Positions 56,604 to 64,000 of a DNA stretch of 64,000 bases are shown here, piece after piece; the stretch's first letter is position 1; each line of letters begins with the position of its first letter. The position numbers and the translations under genes are program-made. Location: the NCBI GenBank assembly GCA_001872735.1, contig MNWT01000005.1, positions 205,312 to 269,311 of the forward strand. Reading direction: 5' to 3'. The DNA comes from Verrucomicrobia bacterium CG1_02_43_26. GTDB lineage: Bacteria; Verrucomicrobiota; Verrucomicrobiia; Opitutales; CG1-02-43-26. A model generated the notes under the pieces. It saw only the letters and a list, made by a program, of their open reading frames with translations, searched no databases and was not told where the DNA came from.

Positions 56604-56787
56604 TTAAAGATGTAATTTTTTATATTGGGGATAACAAATTCAAAGCGCCAATCTAGCTTTCTCCCGCTCTAAAGGCAACTTTTTTCATCCTACACATTAG
56701 CTCTTCGAGCACAACGAGACCAGAGCTGAGAGTTGTCCGCCAAAGATTCAACAACGTAATCGCTCCCCAAATAGCGATAAAACGTTT

Positions 56788-57315
56788 CTACAAGTAATCA
56801 ACGCTGCTGGCATCAATAAGCGCTTCTGTATCCTCGTCTGAGAGCATTTTCTCTACATCCAGTAAAATTGTTTCATGATTCTCCTCTTTGGCAATTCCCA
56901 CCACATAGTGGCTATGCTGGTGCTCCATCGGTAAATCCAAATGTTCGATATCTTCTTTGTTGATATGCGAAACAATACTCACAGCATCCACTAATAACCC
57001 GGCCAACACCAGGTTGTCTTCGCTCATTTTCTCTACTACTATAATGGTAGATTCGGCTGGAGAGCGCTCTGGCTTATGCATGCGAGCCCGTAGATCATAG
57101 ACAGGAATCACTTTCCCCCTTAAGTTAATAATACCCTTTATATAATCACGCGTCTCGGGTATTTGGGTAATAGTCTGCCGTCCAATGATTTCCTTTACCT
57201 TTAAAATACTGATCCCATAACTCACTTGATCAACACGGAAAATGAGGTACTTGTTTCCCGCTGATCTTTTTTCAGAAAGCACGGAAGGCTCTGTAGTAAC
57301 ATGGGTTCTGCGCAT
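56788..57315 (-). CDS. cheW: Chemotaxis coupling protein CheW (solitary)
   Basis: YLIFRVDQVSYGISILKVKEI ... INLRGKVIPVYDLR, the CheW-like domain pattern. Confidence 0.85.
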   Translation of the reverse strand: MRRTHVTTEPSVLSEKRSAGNKYLIFRVDQVSYGISILKVKEIIGRQTITQIPETRDYIKGIINLRGKVIPVYDLRARMHKPERSPAESTIIVVEKMSEDNLVLAGLLVDAVSIVSHINKEDIEHLDLPMEHQHSHYVVGIAKEENHETILLDVEKMLSDEDTEALIDASSVDYL

Positions 57316-57489
57316 ACATTCAAAGGGGGTTAACGAATTCTATTCAAATAGTAAACAACAACTTACACTGATGCAACCCCATACCATTCAGATGCTTCAC
57401 CAAAGAGCTCAGCAAGGTTCACACTATTATGTACTGGTATTTTCAATCGCTGACTTGTAAAATAAAAACCAATAACCCCTTGTAAATAA

Positions 57490-58458
57490 ATGAATTCCGA
57501 AAAGTTGACTTTTGGCGTAATAGGCCTAGGCAATATCGGTGGCTTTTATGGAGCTAAACTTCAAAACGCTGGCTATTCAGTCACCTTTTTTGAAGAATAC
57601 CACTACAAAGCCATTGAAAAAGAAAAGGTCCTTTCTGTAAAATCTCCTCAGGGTGATTTTCAAGTAGAACCGATTCATCTAACGAATGACTTAGCACAAA
57701 TGCCTAAATGTGATTATGTTTTATTGACACTCAAAAGCCCTCAATTGGACAATAGTAGCATTTTATCCCAACTGCCTTCTTTTCTAAAACCAAATGGTGC
57801 TGTTCTCGTTATGCAAAACGGTTTTGGCACTGAAGAGAAAATTGAAAAATACATTAAACCAAGCCAAATCATCACCGCAGTCCCCTTTATAATCGTTCAG
57901 AGAACTTCCCCAAACCGCATCATGCACCTAGACTACGGGCTCATTTCCCTTGCCGACTATACCGTAAGCAACGAACCTGCAGGTATTAGCCCTCGACTGG
58001 AAAAACTCGAATCTATCCTTAAAAGCGCTGACATTGAATGCTCACTCGAGGAGGACTACCAAACCGTCCGTTGGCAAAAACTGCTATGGTACATCCCCTT
58101 TAACGCCCTTGCAGTTGTCCTCAACGCCAATTCCAAACAACTACTGACCAACGCAAATAGCTGTACCATGATTAACGAATTGATGCTGGAAATCGTTGCC
58201 GCGGCAAAATCCCAAGGCAGAGATATCTCCGAAGAGCTCGTTAACCAATGGATGCGTAGCACGCAACATATGGAGCCCTATCCTACCAGTATGAAAACAG
58301 ATTTTGACTTAAAGCGCCCACTGGAAATTGAATCCTTAATAAAAGAACCCATCAGGCGTGCCAAAAGTCAAGGAGTCACTCTCCCCAAGATGGAATTTCT
58401 GTACAGCCAGCTTAAGTTCATAGAAGAACATTCTCTGGCCTTTGGGCAACTGGTTTAA
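57490..58458 (+). CDS. panE: 2-dehydropantoate 2-reductase family protein (ApbA/PanE)
   Basis: N-terminal GLGNIGGFYGAKL Rossmann motif and a C-terminal ApbA_C-like pattern (KTDFDLKRPLEIESL). Confidence 0.75.
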   Translation: MNSEKLTFGVIGLGNIGGFYGAKLQNAGYSVTFFEEYHYKAIEKEKVLSVKSPQGDFQVEPIHLTNDLAQMPKCDYVLLTLKSPQLDNSSILSQLPSFLKPNGAVLVMQNGFGTEEKIEKYIKPSQIITAVPFIIVQRTSPNRIMHLDYGLISLADYTVSNEPAGISPRLEKLESILKSADIECSLEEDYQTVRWQKLLWYIPFNALAVVLNANSKQLLTNANSCTMINELMLEIVAAAKSQGRDISEELVNQWMRSTQHMEPYPTSMKTDFDLKRPLEIESLIKEPIRRAKSQGVTLPKMEFLYSQLKFIEEHSLAFGQLV

Positions 58459-58589
58459 CGCAAACAGGCTATACTGTATCCCTTTAGTATCTCTTTCATG
58501 CGCAAGTTGATATCAAAAGATGAATTATGCTACTTTAAACTCGTCAATAACTTGTTTTTGTGAAAAATAGTTTAGATTAAGTCAGCGCC

Positions 58590-60284
58590 ATGACCAAAAG
58601 ACTATCTATACCAATCTACTTAGTAACGATATTTTTCTTCGCTATTTTCTTCCTTTGGCCAATATGTCAAGTGCTCACCGGTGCGTTCTACGACATCGAT
58701 GGGAAATTCACATTCGCCTTCATACAGGAAGTCTTTAAAAATGAAGTTTACGTGGAGGGGCTTCGCAACGCTTTAGGCATCGCATTTTTCTCCACCCTCT
58801 TCGCCTTACTGATAGCGCTCCCATTAGCCCGTTTAGCGGATAAATACGACTTCCCCGGCAAACGCTTTTTCATGGCACTTGTTTTGCTGCCTATCATGCT
58901 CCCGCCTTTCGTGGGCGCAATTGGCATCAGACAGCTACTAAGCCCCTACGGCTCTGTTAATGTCATCCTACAAAAGATAGGACTCCTGGCCCCCCATGAG
59001 TACATCAACTGGCTGGGCGAAGGTCAATTCTGGGGCATCATCATCGTAAACGCCCTTAGTCTTTATCCCATCCTTTATTTAAATGCAGTTGCCTCCCTGG
59101 CTAATGTTGACCCCGCGTTGGAAGAAGCTGCCCAAAATCTTGGCTGCCATCGTTTTCGCAAATTCTTTAAAATCACCCTCCCGTTAATTCGCCCGGGTCT
59201 CTTTGCGGGATGCACCATTGTCTTCATCTGGTCGTTCACCGAACTGGGTGTTCCGCTTATATTTGACTACAGTCGCGTCACATCTGTACAAATTTTTCAC
59301 GGCCTTAAAAACCTAGGCAACGACCCTTTCCCTTACGCCCTTGTTGTCGTCTTATTCATGCTTTCCCTTATGGTATACGCTATGGGCAAAGGTCTATTCG
59401 GCCGAAATCCATTCACGATGATGGCCAAAGCCAATCAGGCGAAATCCACACAATTTCTTGGCCCTTGGGGAAAACTGTGGTGCTTCTTAGCATTTAGCAC
59501 AGTCATCTTTTTTGCGCTCCTGCCGCATATTTCTGTGATCTTGATTTCGTTTTCATCAGACTGGTATCAATCCATCCTCCCCTCTAGCTGGACGCTCGGT
59601 AATTATGAAATTGCCCTGGGCAGCCACTACACGCTGCCTTCCATCAAGAACAGTTTATTCTACTCGGGTTGCGCAACATTACTAAACGTTTTTCTGGGCA
59701 TCGGTATCGCCTTCGTAATCGTAAGATCAAAGCTCCCGGGCCGCAATATACTTGATGCCGTAGCAATGCTCCCGCTCACAGTACCGGGTATCGTCATGGC
59801 ATTCGGCTATCTTGCCATGAGCCAAGAGGGTAACTTTTTCTCTTTCCTTAATCCGGTTGAAAACCCTACCGCACTCCTGATTATAGCTTACGCTGTCCGC
59901 AAACTTCCGTTCATGGTGCGCTCTGCCATATCCGGTCTTCAGCAAATCAGTAGCACGTACGAGGAAGCCGCCCAAAACCTCGGTTGCTCCCCTTTAAAAT
60001 CGAGCGTCAAGATTACCATCCCACTTATCCTTGCCAACCTCATGGCCGGTGGCTTGTTGGTCTTCTCCCAAACAATGCTCGAAGTATCCGACTCTCTTAT
60101 TCTGGCTCAAAAGCAGCAATTTTACCCGATCACAAAAGCCATTTACGTGCTCATGAATTTGCTCGGCGATGGGCCTTTCATTGCTTGCGCATTAGGCGTG
60201 TGGGCAATGGCTTTTCTTGCCGTCACTATCGTGGGCGCTTCCTTACTCTTAGGGAAGAACCTCGGCTCCATCTTCAAGGTTTAA
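58590..60284 (+). CDS. ABC transporter permease with two fused transmembrane domains (iron(III)/thiamine-type FbpB/ThiP-like)
   Basis: Two copies of the EAA-loop region (LEEAAQNLGCHRFRKFFKITLPL and YEEAAQNLGCSPLKSSVKITIPL) and about 12 TM helices. Confidence 0.8.
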   Translation: MTKRLSIPIYLVTIFFFAIFFLWPICQVLTGAFYDIDGKFTFAFIQEVFKNEVYVEGLRNALGIAFFSTLFALLIALPLARLADKYDFPGKRFFMALVLLPIMLPPFVGAIGIRQLLSPYGSVNVILQKIGLLAPHEYINWLGEGQFWGIIIVNALSLYPILYLNAVASLANVDPALEEAAQNLGCHRFRKFFKITLPLIRPGLFAGCTIVFIWSFTELGVPLIFDYSRVTSVQIFHGLKNLGNDPFPYALVVVLFMLSLMVYAMGKGLFGRNPFTMMAKANQAKSTQFLGPWGKLWCFLAFSTVIFFALLPHISVILISFSSDWYQSILPSSWTLGNYEIALGSHYTLPSIKNSLFYSGCATLLNVFLGIGIAFVIVRSKLPGRNILDAVAMLPLTVPGIVMAFGYLAMSQEGNFFSFLNPVENPTALLIIAYAVRKLPFMVRSAISGLQQISSTYEEAAQNLGCSPLKSSVKITIPLILANLMAGGLLVFSQTMLEVSDSLILAQKQQFYPITKAIYVLMNLLGDGPFIACALGVWAMAFLAVTIVGASLLLGKNLGSIFKV

Positions 60285-60293
60285 CAACAGTAA

Positions 60294-60887
60294 CTACGCT
60301 TCAACGCGAGCCATAGCAGCAACGGTCACCCGCTGGGCAACAATTTCAGCTCGGATATTCCCAGGCGCAAATCGATAGGCTTTCAGAGCCACTTTTTGCG
60401 CATTTTCCACATGGCCACTTGCAAGCCACGCCTCTGCTAAATCCAACAAACCTTCCACATGAGATGGCTCTTGATCGCACACGGTCTCATAAAGATGTAA
60501 TGCCGTTGTCTTCAAGCCAAGCATCTGGGCAAGCTTGCCTAAACGTCTGGTGTAATAAAGATTTTCAGGAAAAGCATCTCTCAAGCGCTCCAGTACAGCT
60601 AACGCCTTATAGGGCTTCTTTTTCCAAAAAAGCAGAAACCAGCCCCAATGCGTTACACCAACCAGTTTATCCCGCCATCGACGGGTAACTCCTTTTTGCG
60701 ATAATTGTTTTTCGCGAGCTTCTTCTAGCAACACACGCAAAGCTAAGCACCCGGGCTCTTTGGATAATAAGAAGTGGAGCGTCTCTATCGCGTAATCATA
60801 ATCTTTCGTTAAAAGGGCTTTCTTCGCACGAGCGGCGAAATCCTGCAACAGTGAATCAAGAGCTTCTATTTCAACCTCTTCTACCAT
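60294..60887 (-). CDS. TPR-like helical repeat hypothetical protein
   Basis: 197-aa ORF with helical-repeat character (A/L-rich 34-residue periodicity). No specific family recognised. Confidence 0.55.
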   Translation of the reverse strand: MVEEVEIEALDSLLQDFAARAKKALLTKDYDYAIETLHFLLSKEPGCLALRVLLEEAREKQLSQKGVTRRWRDKLVGVTHWGWFLLFWKKKPYKALAVLERLRDAFPENLYYTRRLGKLAQMLGLKTTALHLYETVCDQEPSHVEGLLDLAEAWLASGHVENAQKVALKAYRFAPGNIRAEIVAQRVTVAAMARVEA

Positions 60888-60892
60888 GGTAC

Positions 60893-62236
60893 CTACAAAT
60901 TAAAATCCGATTGAATCGCATCTAACAACGATTGCATTGCTTGATTAACGCTTTGTTCATCTTGCCCTTCCACAAGTAACCTTAGCTTGGGCTCTGTTCC
61001 CGAATAGCGGATGAGAAGTCGACCTTCTTGGCCAAAGAAGTTTTCCCATTTAGCACGAGCTTGATTGAGCGCCTCTAGCGTCTCCAAGGGCTTTTTTTCC
61101 GCAACAACAACGGCTGCTGCTTTATGCGGGAAAAGGGGTATTTCACACGCTAACTGACTCACGCTTTTACGCTTGTCTCGCATAATACTCATAAACATCA
61201 ATGCCGCAAATAGACTATCCCCGCTCATGCAATGGCCAAAAAAGATCAAGTGCCCAGAGCTCTCTCCGCCAAAATCGGCTTTCAGTTCAAGCATCTTGTA
61301 AGCAACATTTCTATCCCCCACATCTACACGGGCGACCCTTCCTCCTGCTTTTCTAATCGCTTTATCTAGGCCTAAATTACTTTGTACCGTTGTCACAAGC
61401 GTTTTGCTCCCCGGGCTTTCCATATCGATCAAATACTTGGAAATCACACCCATGACAACTTCCCCGGGCACCACGTCCCCATGTTCATCGCATATTAATA
61501 GCCGATCCCCATCCCCATCATGCGCGATCCCGATATCCGCACTGTGCTCCATCACCGCCGATCGACAATGCTGGGGAAACTCACTTCCCACACAATCATT
61601 TATATTATTGCCATCTGGCTGATCTCCGATTGCTATAACCTCTGCGCCAAAGGAGCGCATCACCTCGGGGCTGATCCCTGCCATCGCTCCGTTCGCCGCA
61701 TCTACAACAATTTTTAAGTTGTGAAAATAAGTACTAGAAAACAAGCTAAGAAAGGTCTTTGCGTATAAGTCTGCTCCATCCAATGATTGGATCTCGCCAT
61801 CACCTGATATTACAGGCACTTCAATTGCCCCTAACCTCTCTTCAATTGCACGTTCTTCTTCGCGAGACAGCTTCATCCCGCTTTTATTAAAGAATTTTAA
61901 TCCGTTATCACTCGCCGGATTATGCGATGCAGTGATCATGACCCCCATGTCCGCATCTAGCCCGTCTACCAATAAAGATACTCCCGGTGTCGGCAACACA
62001 CCCAAACGAACGATCTCGACTCGATCTCCTGCTAACCCATAAATAAAGTGGTTCTCTATTTCTTGCCCTGAAGCTCGGGTGTCACGCCCTATAATGACTT
62101 TTACTTTCTCCCCCTCACTGCGTTCTTTTACAAAATGCTTAATCGCCACTCCAAGCTTTTTGACAAAAGCTTCCGTAAAGAAGGTTGATCCATATCGCCC
62201 TCTTATTCCATCTGTTCCAAAATAATCCAGATTCAT
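60893..62236 (-). CDS. glmM: Phosphoglucosamine mutase
   Basis: FGTDGIRG, active-site ITASHNPASDNG, and metal-binding HDGDGDR. Confidence 0.95.
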   Translation of the reverse strand: MNLDYFGTDGIRGRYGSTFFTEAFVKKLGVAIKHFVKERSEGEKVKVIIGRDTRASGQEIENHFIYGLAGDRVEIVRLGVLPTPGVSLLVDGLDADMGVMITASHNPASDNGLKFFNKSGMKLSREEERAIEERLGAIEVPVISGDGEIQSLDGADLYAKTFLSLFSSTYFHNLKIVVDAANGAMAGISPEVMRSFGAEVIAIGDQPDGNNINDCVGSEFPQHCRSAVMEHSADIGIAHDGDGDRLLICDEHGDVVPGEVVMGVISKYLIDMESPGSKTLVTTVQSNLGLDKAIRKAGGRVARVDVGDRNVAYKMLELKADFGGESSGHLIFFGHCMSGDSLFAALMFMSIMRDKRKSVSQLACEIPLFPHKAAAVVVAEKKPLETLEALNQARAKWENFFGQEGRLLIRYSGTEPKLRLLVEGQDEQSVNQAMQSLLDAIQSDFNL

Positions 62237-62242
62237 AACGGT

Positions 62243-63340
62243 TTATGATTTGTGTAGAGGTGGCTTTTTGATCTGCAGAGGCAGTCTGGTTCCCCTAATA
62301 TCAACACACAGATCTTGGCTAGCGGCATACGCTTTTTTAATCAATGCGCTTCCTATGGCTTTGCCGATCATGGGGGAAAAACTTCCGGAAAGCACGCGCC
62401 CAACAAGCTCATCTCCGGAAAACACTTCCGCTCCTTCCCGTGCTATGCGGCGATCATCTAAAATGTAAAAGACAACGGTCTGGGTTACCCCTGCGTTCAA
62501 ATTTTGCGTTTCTAAGGCCATGCGGCCAATAAAATCATTTTTCTTACCCCATTTAATGACCCATTCTAAGCCCGCTTCAAGAGGGCCAACGGTCTCGCTG
62601 ATCTCATGTCCGTAGAGAGGATAACCAGCTTCAAGCCTTAAACTATCCCGTGCGCCTAATCCTGCTAAAATCAACCCCAAGGATTTACCTTTTTCATAAA
62701 TGAGTTCGGCAAGCATACCTCCTTCATCCCAGGGGCAATAGAGCTCAAAGCCGTCCTCTCCCGTATAACCGGTACGGCTCACCAATACTTCTATTCCATC
62801 TATTTCCACTTTCTCCACATGGAATCGTTTCAAGTGCTTCCATTCCTTACTCGTAACTGCTTCCAAAATTGCTTGTGCCTTCGGCCCCTGTAAGGCCAAC
62901 AAGGCGTATTCCAGGGACACATCTTTTATAAGGCAATCGAAAGAAACACTCTGGTCAAGCATCCAAATAATGTCTTTCTGCGCATTGGAGGCATTTAAGC
63001 ATACCATGTATTCTGCGATATTGAGGCACGTTACAATCACATCATCAATGACTTCCCCGTTTTCATTGCACATTAACGAGTATACTGCTTTTCCAGGCTT
63101 AAGGTTGCTGATAGCATTCGTCATAATATAGTCTAAAAACATCCCGGCCTGCGAACCTCGCACCAGGACTTCGCCCATATGGCTTACGTCAAATAACCCG
63201 GCTTGTTCACGCACTCCTTTATGTTCTTCAATAATAGAGGTATATTGTACCGGCATCTGCCAACCGGCAAAAGGAACAAATCTTGCCCCGTGTCGTTCAT
63301 GAAATTCATGTAAGGGAGTTTTACTAAGGGTCTCAGTCAT
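62243..63340 (-). CDS. gcvT: Glycine cleavage system aminomethyltransferase T
   Basis: TPLHEFHERHGARFVPFAGWQMPVQY, FDVSHMG and RTGYTGEDGFE motifs. Confidence 0.95.
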   Translation of the reverse strand: MTETLSKTPLHEFHERHGARFVPFAGWQMPVQYTSIIEEHKGVREQAGLFDVSHMGEVLVRGSQAGMFLDYIMTNAISNLKPGKAVYSLMCNENGEVIDDVIVTCLNIAEYMVCLNASNAQKDIIWMLDQSVSFDCLIKDVSLEYALLALQGPKAQAILEAVTSKEWKHLKRFHVEKVEIDGIEVLVSRTGYTGEDGFELYCPWDEGGMLAELIYEKGKSLGLILAGLGARDSLRLEAGYPLYGHEISETVGPLEAGLEWVIKWGKKNDFIGRMALETQNLNAGVTQTVVFYILDDRRIAREGAEVFSGDELVGRVLSGSFSPMIGKAIGSALIKKAYAASQDLCVDIRGTRLPLQIKKPPLHKS

Positions 63341-63444
63341 GTTTTATCTTGAAGATGGGATCGTTTAAGCCAATAATAAAGCATATAAATATGAATTACG
63401 GAAATCATTTTTTCCCATCAACATGCATTTTTTTGTAAAATAAA

Positions 63445-64000
63445 ATGTTAAATCTTGTCATTGCCATCGTTTGCACTATTAGCATCTCTGCATTCTGTTC
63501 TCTCCTCGAAGCGATCACGCTGAGTGCGTCTGCCGCAGACATCGAAGACTTAAAACGAACGAATCCTGTTCGTGGAAAAAAAATGTACCATTATAAAAAG
63601 GACATAGAAGAGACCAGCTCTGCCATTCTTGCCCTTAACACCATTGCCAATACTTTAGGTGCTGTCCTCGTTGGGGGTCTAGCCACCCAGATCTTTGGTG
63701 ACGATAGTTTACTATACTTCTCCATCGGTATGTCTTTAGGTATTTTGCTCTTTTCAGAAATTATCCCCAAGAACATAGGCGTCATTTACCGCCATGGCCT
63801 TCTGGATTTTGCTGTCCCGGCAATTCGCCTGGTGCGATTGGTTATGCTGCCGATTTCAAGGGCCTGTAAACTAGCGGTGCGTTTATTGGTGCCGGGCAAA
63901 AACATCATGCACACCTCCGACAAGGAAATCATTCTCTTAGCGGATAAAAGTACGCTTGAAGGAACGATGTCACCAACAGAGAGAGCTCTCATTACTAACG
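63445..64000 (+). CDS. CNNM/DUF21-domain (TlyC/CorC hemolysin-family) membrane protein, N-terminal part (runs off the right edge of the window)
   Basis: Manual translation from ATG at 63445 gives MLNLVIAIVCTISISAFCSLLEAITLSAS...AILALNTIANTLGAVLVGG...FSEIIPKNIG..., the DUF21 pattern. It is open-ended, so it is absent from the ORF track. Confidence 0.8.
   Translation, partial: MLNLVIAIVCTISISAFCSLLEAITLSASAADIEDLKRTNPVRGKKMYHYKKDIEETSSAILALNTIANTLGAVLVGGLATQIFGDDSLLYFSIGMSLGILLFSEIIPKNIGVIYRHGLLDFAVPAIRLVRLVMLPISRACKLAVRLLVPGKNIMHTSDKEIILLADKSTLEGTMSPTERALITN

Noticed and set aside
58459-58589. A possible TPP riboswitch upstream of the ThiP/FbpB-like permease.
   Set aside because: The interval contains no CUGAGA or ACCUGAUCUGGAUAAUGCCAGCG-like elements.
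63341-63444. A possible glycine riboswitch upstream of gcvT.
   Set aside because: The leader is only about 100 nt and AT-rich. I could not find the conserved GGAGAG…CACCG…/CUCUGGAGAG-type cores. A covariance-model scan would settle it.

Overview
This window looks like an ordinary chromosomal segment from a Gram-negative bacterium. I count about 70 protein genes and 3 tRNAs. I found no rRNA, CRISPR array, transposase, integrase or phage genes.

Lineage: several traits point to the PVC superphylum, closer to Verrucomicrobia, Lentisphaerae or Planctomycetes than to Chlamydiae. These are a prepilin-type pilin with a G|FTLVE cleavage site, a 51-aa small basic protein, a non-canonical EF-Tu switch-I segment, and mostly Shine-Dalgarno-less leaders. 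This placement is an inference, not a database result.

Gene content, left to right:
- The conserved block tRNA-Thr, tuf, tRNA-Trp, secE, nusG, rplK on the minus strand.
- A tandem array of six paralogous small beta-barrel outer-membrane proteins.
- A pseB/pseI nonulosonic-acid gene pair.
- An envelope glycosylation and export region: GT4, SDR, a fused double GT4, then TolC, HlyD, FtsX and ABC.
- folP-folB-folK, sandwiched between three Lys/Glu-rich low-complexity proteins that end in glycine-rich double-TM hairpins.
- plsC, cmk, aroA and tyrA.
- A pilin gene followed directly by a large GT-C membrane glycosyltransferase, with a GT2 polyprenol-phosphate-sugar synthase nearby.
- xseA, ogt and recA.
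- A dedicated ACP, dehydratase, KAS, GT28 and GT4 lipid or glycolipid cluster.
- feoAB with a small Cys-rich partner, and crcB with DUF190.
- tRNA-Arg abutting a four-gene operon (SDR with a frameshift, SDR, UbiA-type polyprenyl-phosphate phosphoribosyltransferase-like protein, divergent PAP2) that resembles the decaprenyl-phospho-arabinose donor pathway.
- cheW, panE, an orphan ABC permease, glmM, gcvT and a partial CNNM/DUF21 gene.

Most interesting hypotheses:
- A TfpW-like pilin glycosylation module, possibly fed by the UbiA/PAP2/SDR lipid-linked sugar pathway.
- A family of tail-anchored Lys/Glu-rich hairpin proteins.
- The diversifying outer-membrane protein array.
- Two lipid or glycolipid clusters, one of them adjacent to a DevBCA/TolC-like exporter.

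All functional calls rest on motifs read by eye from the translations. No searches were run.
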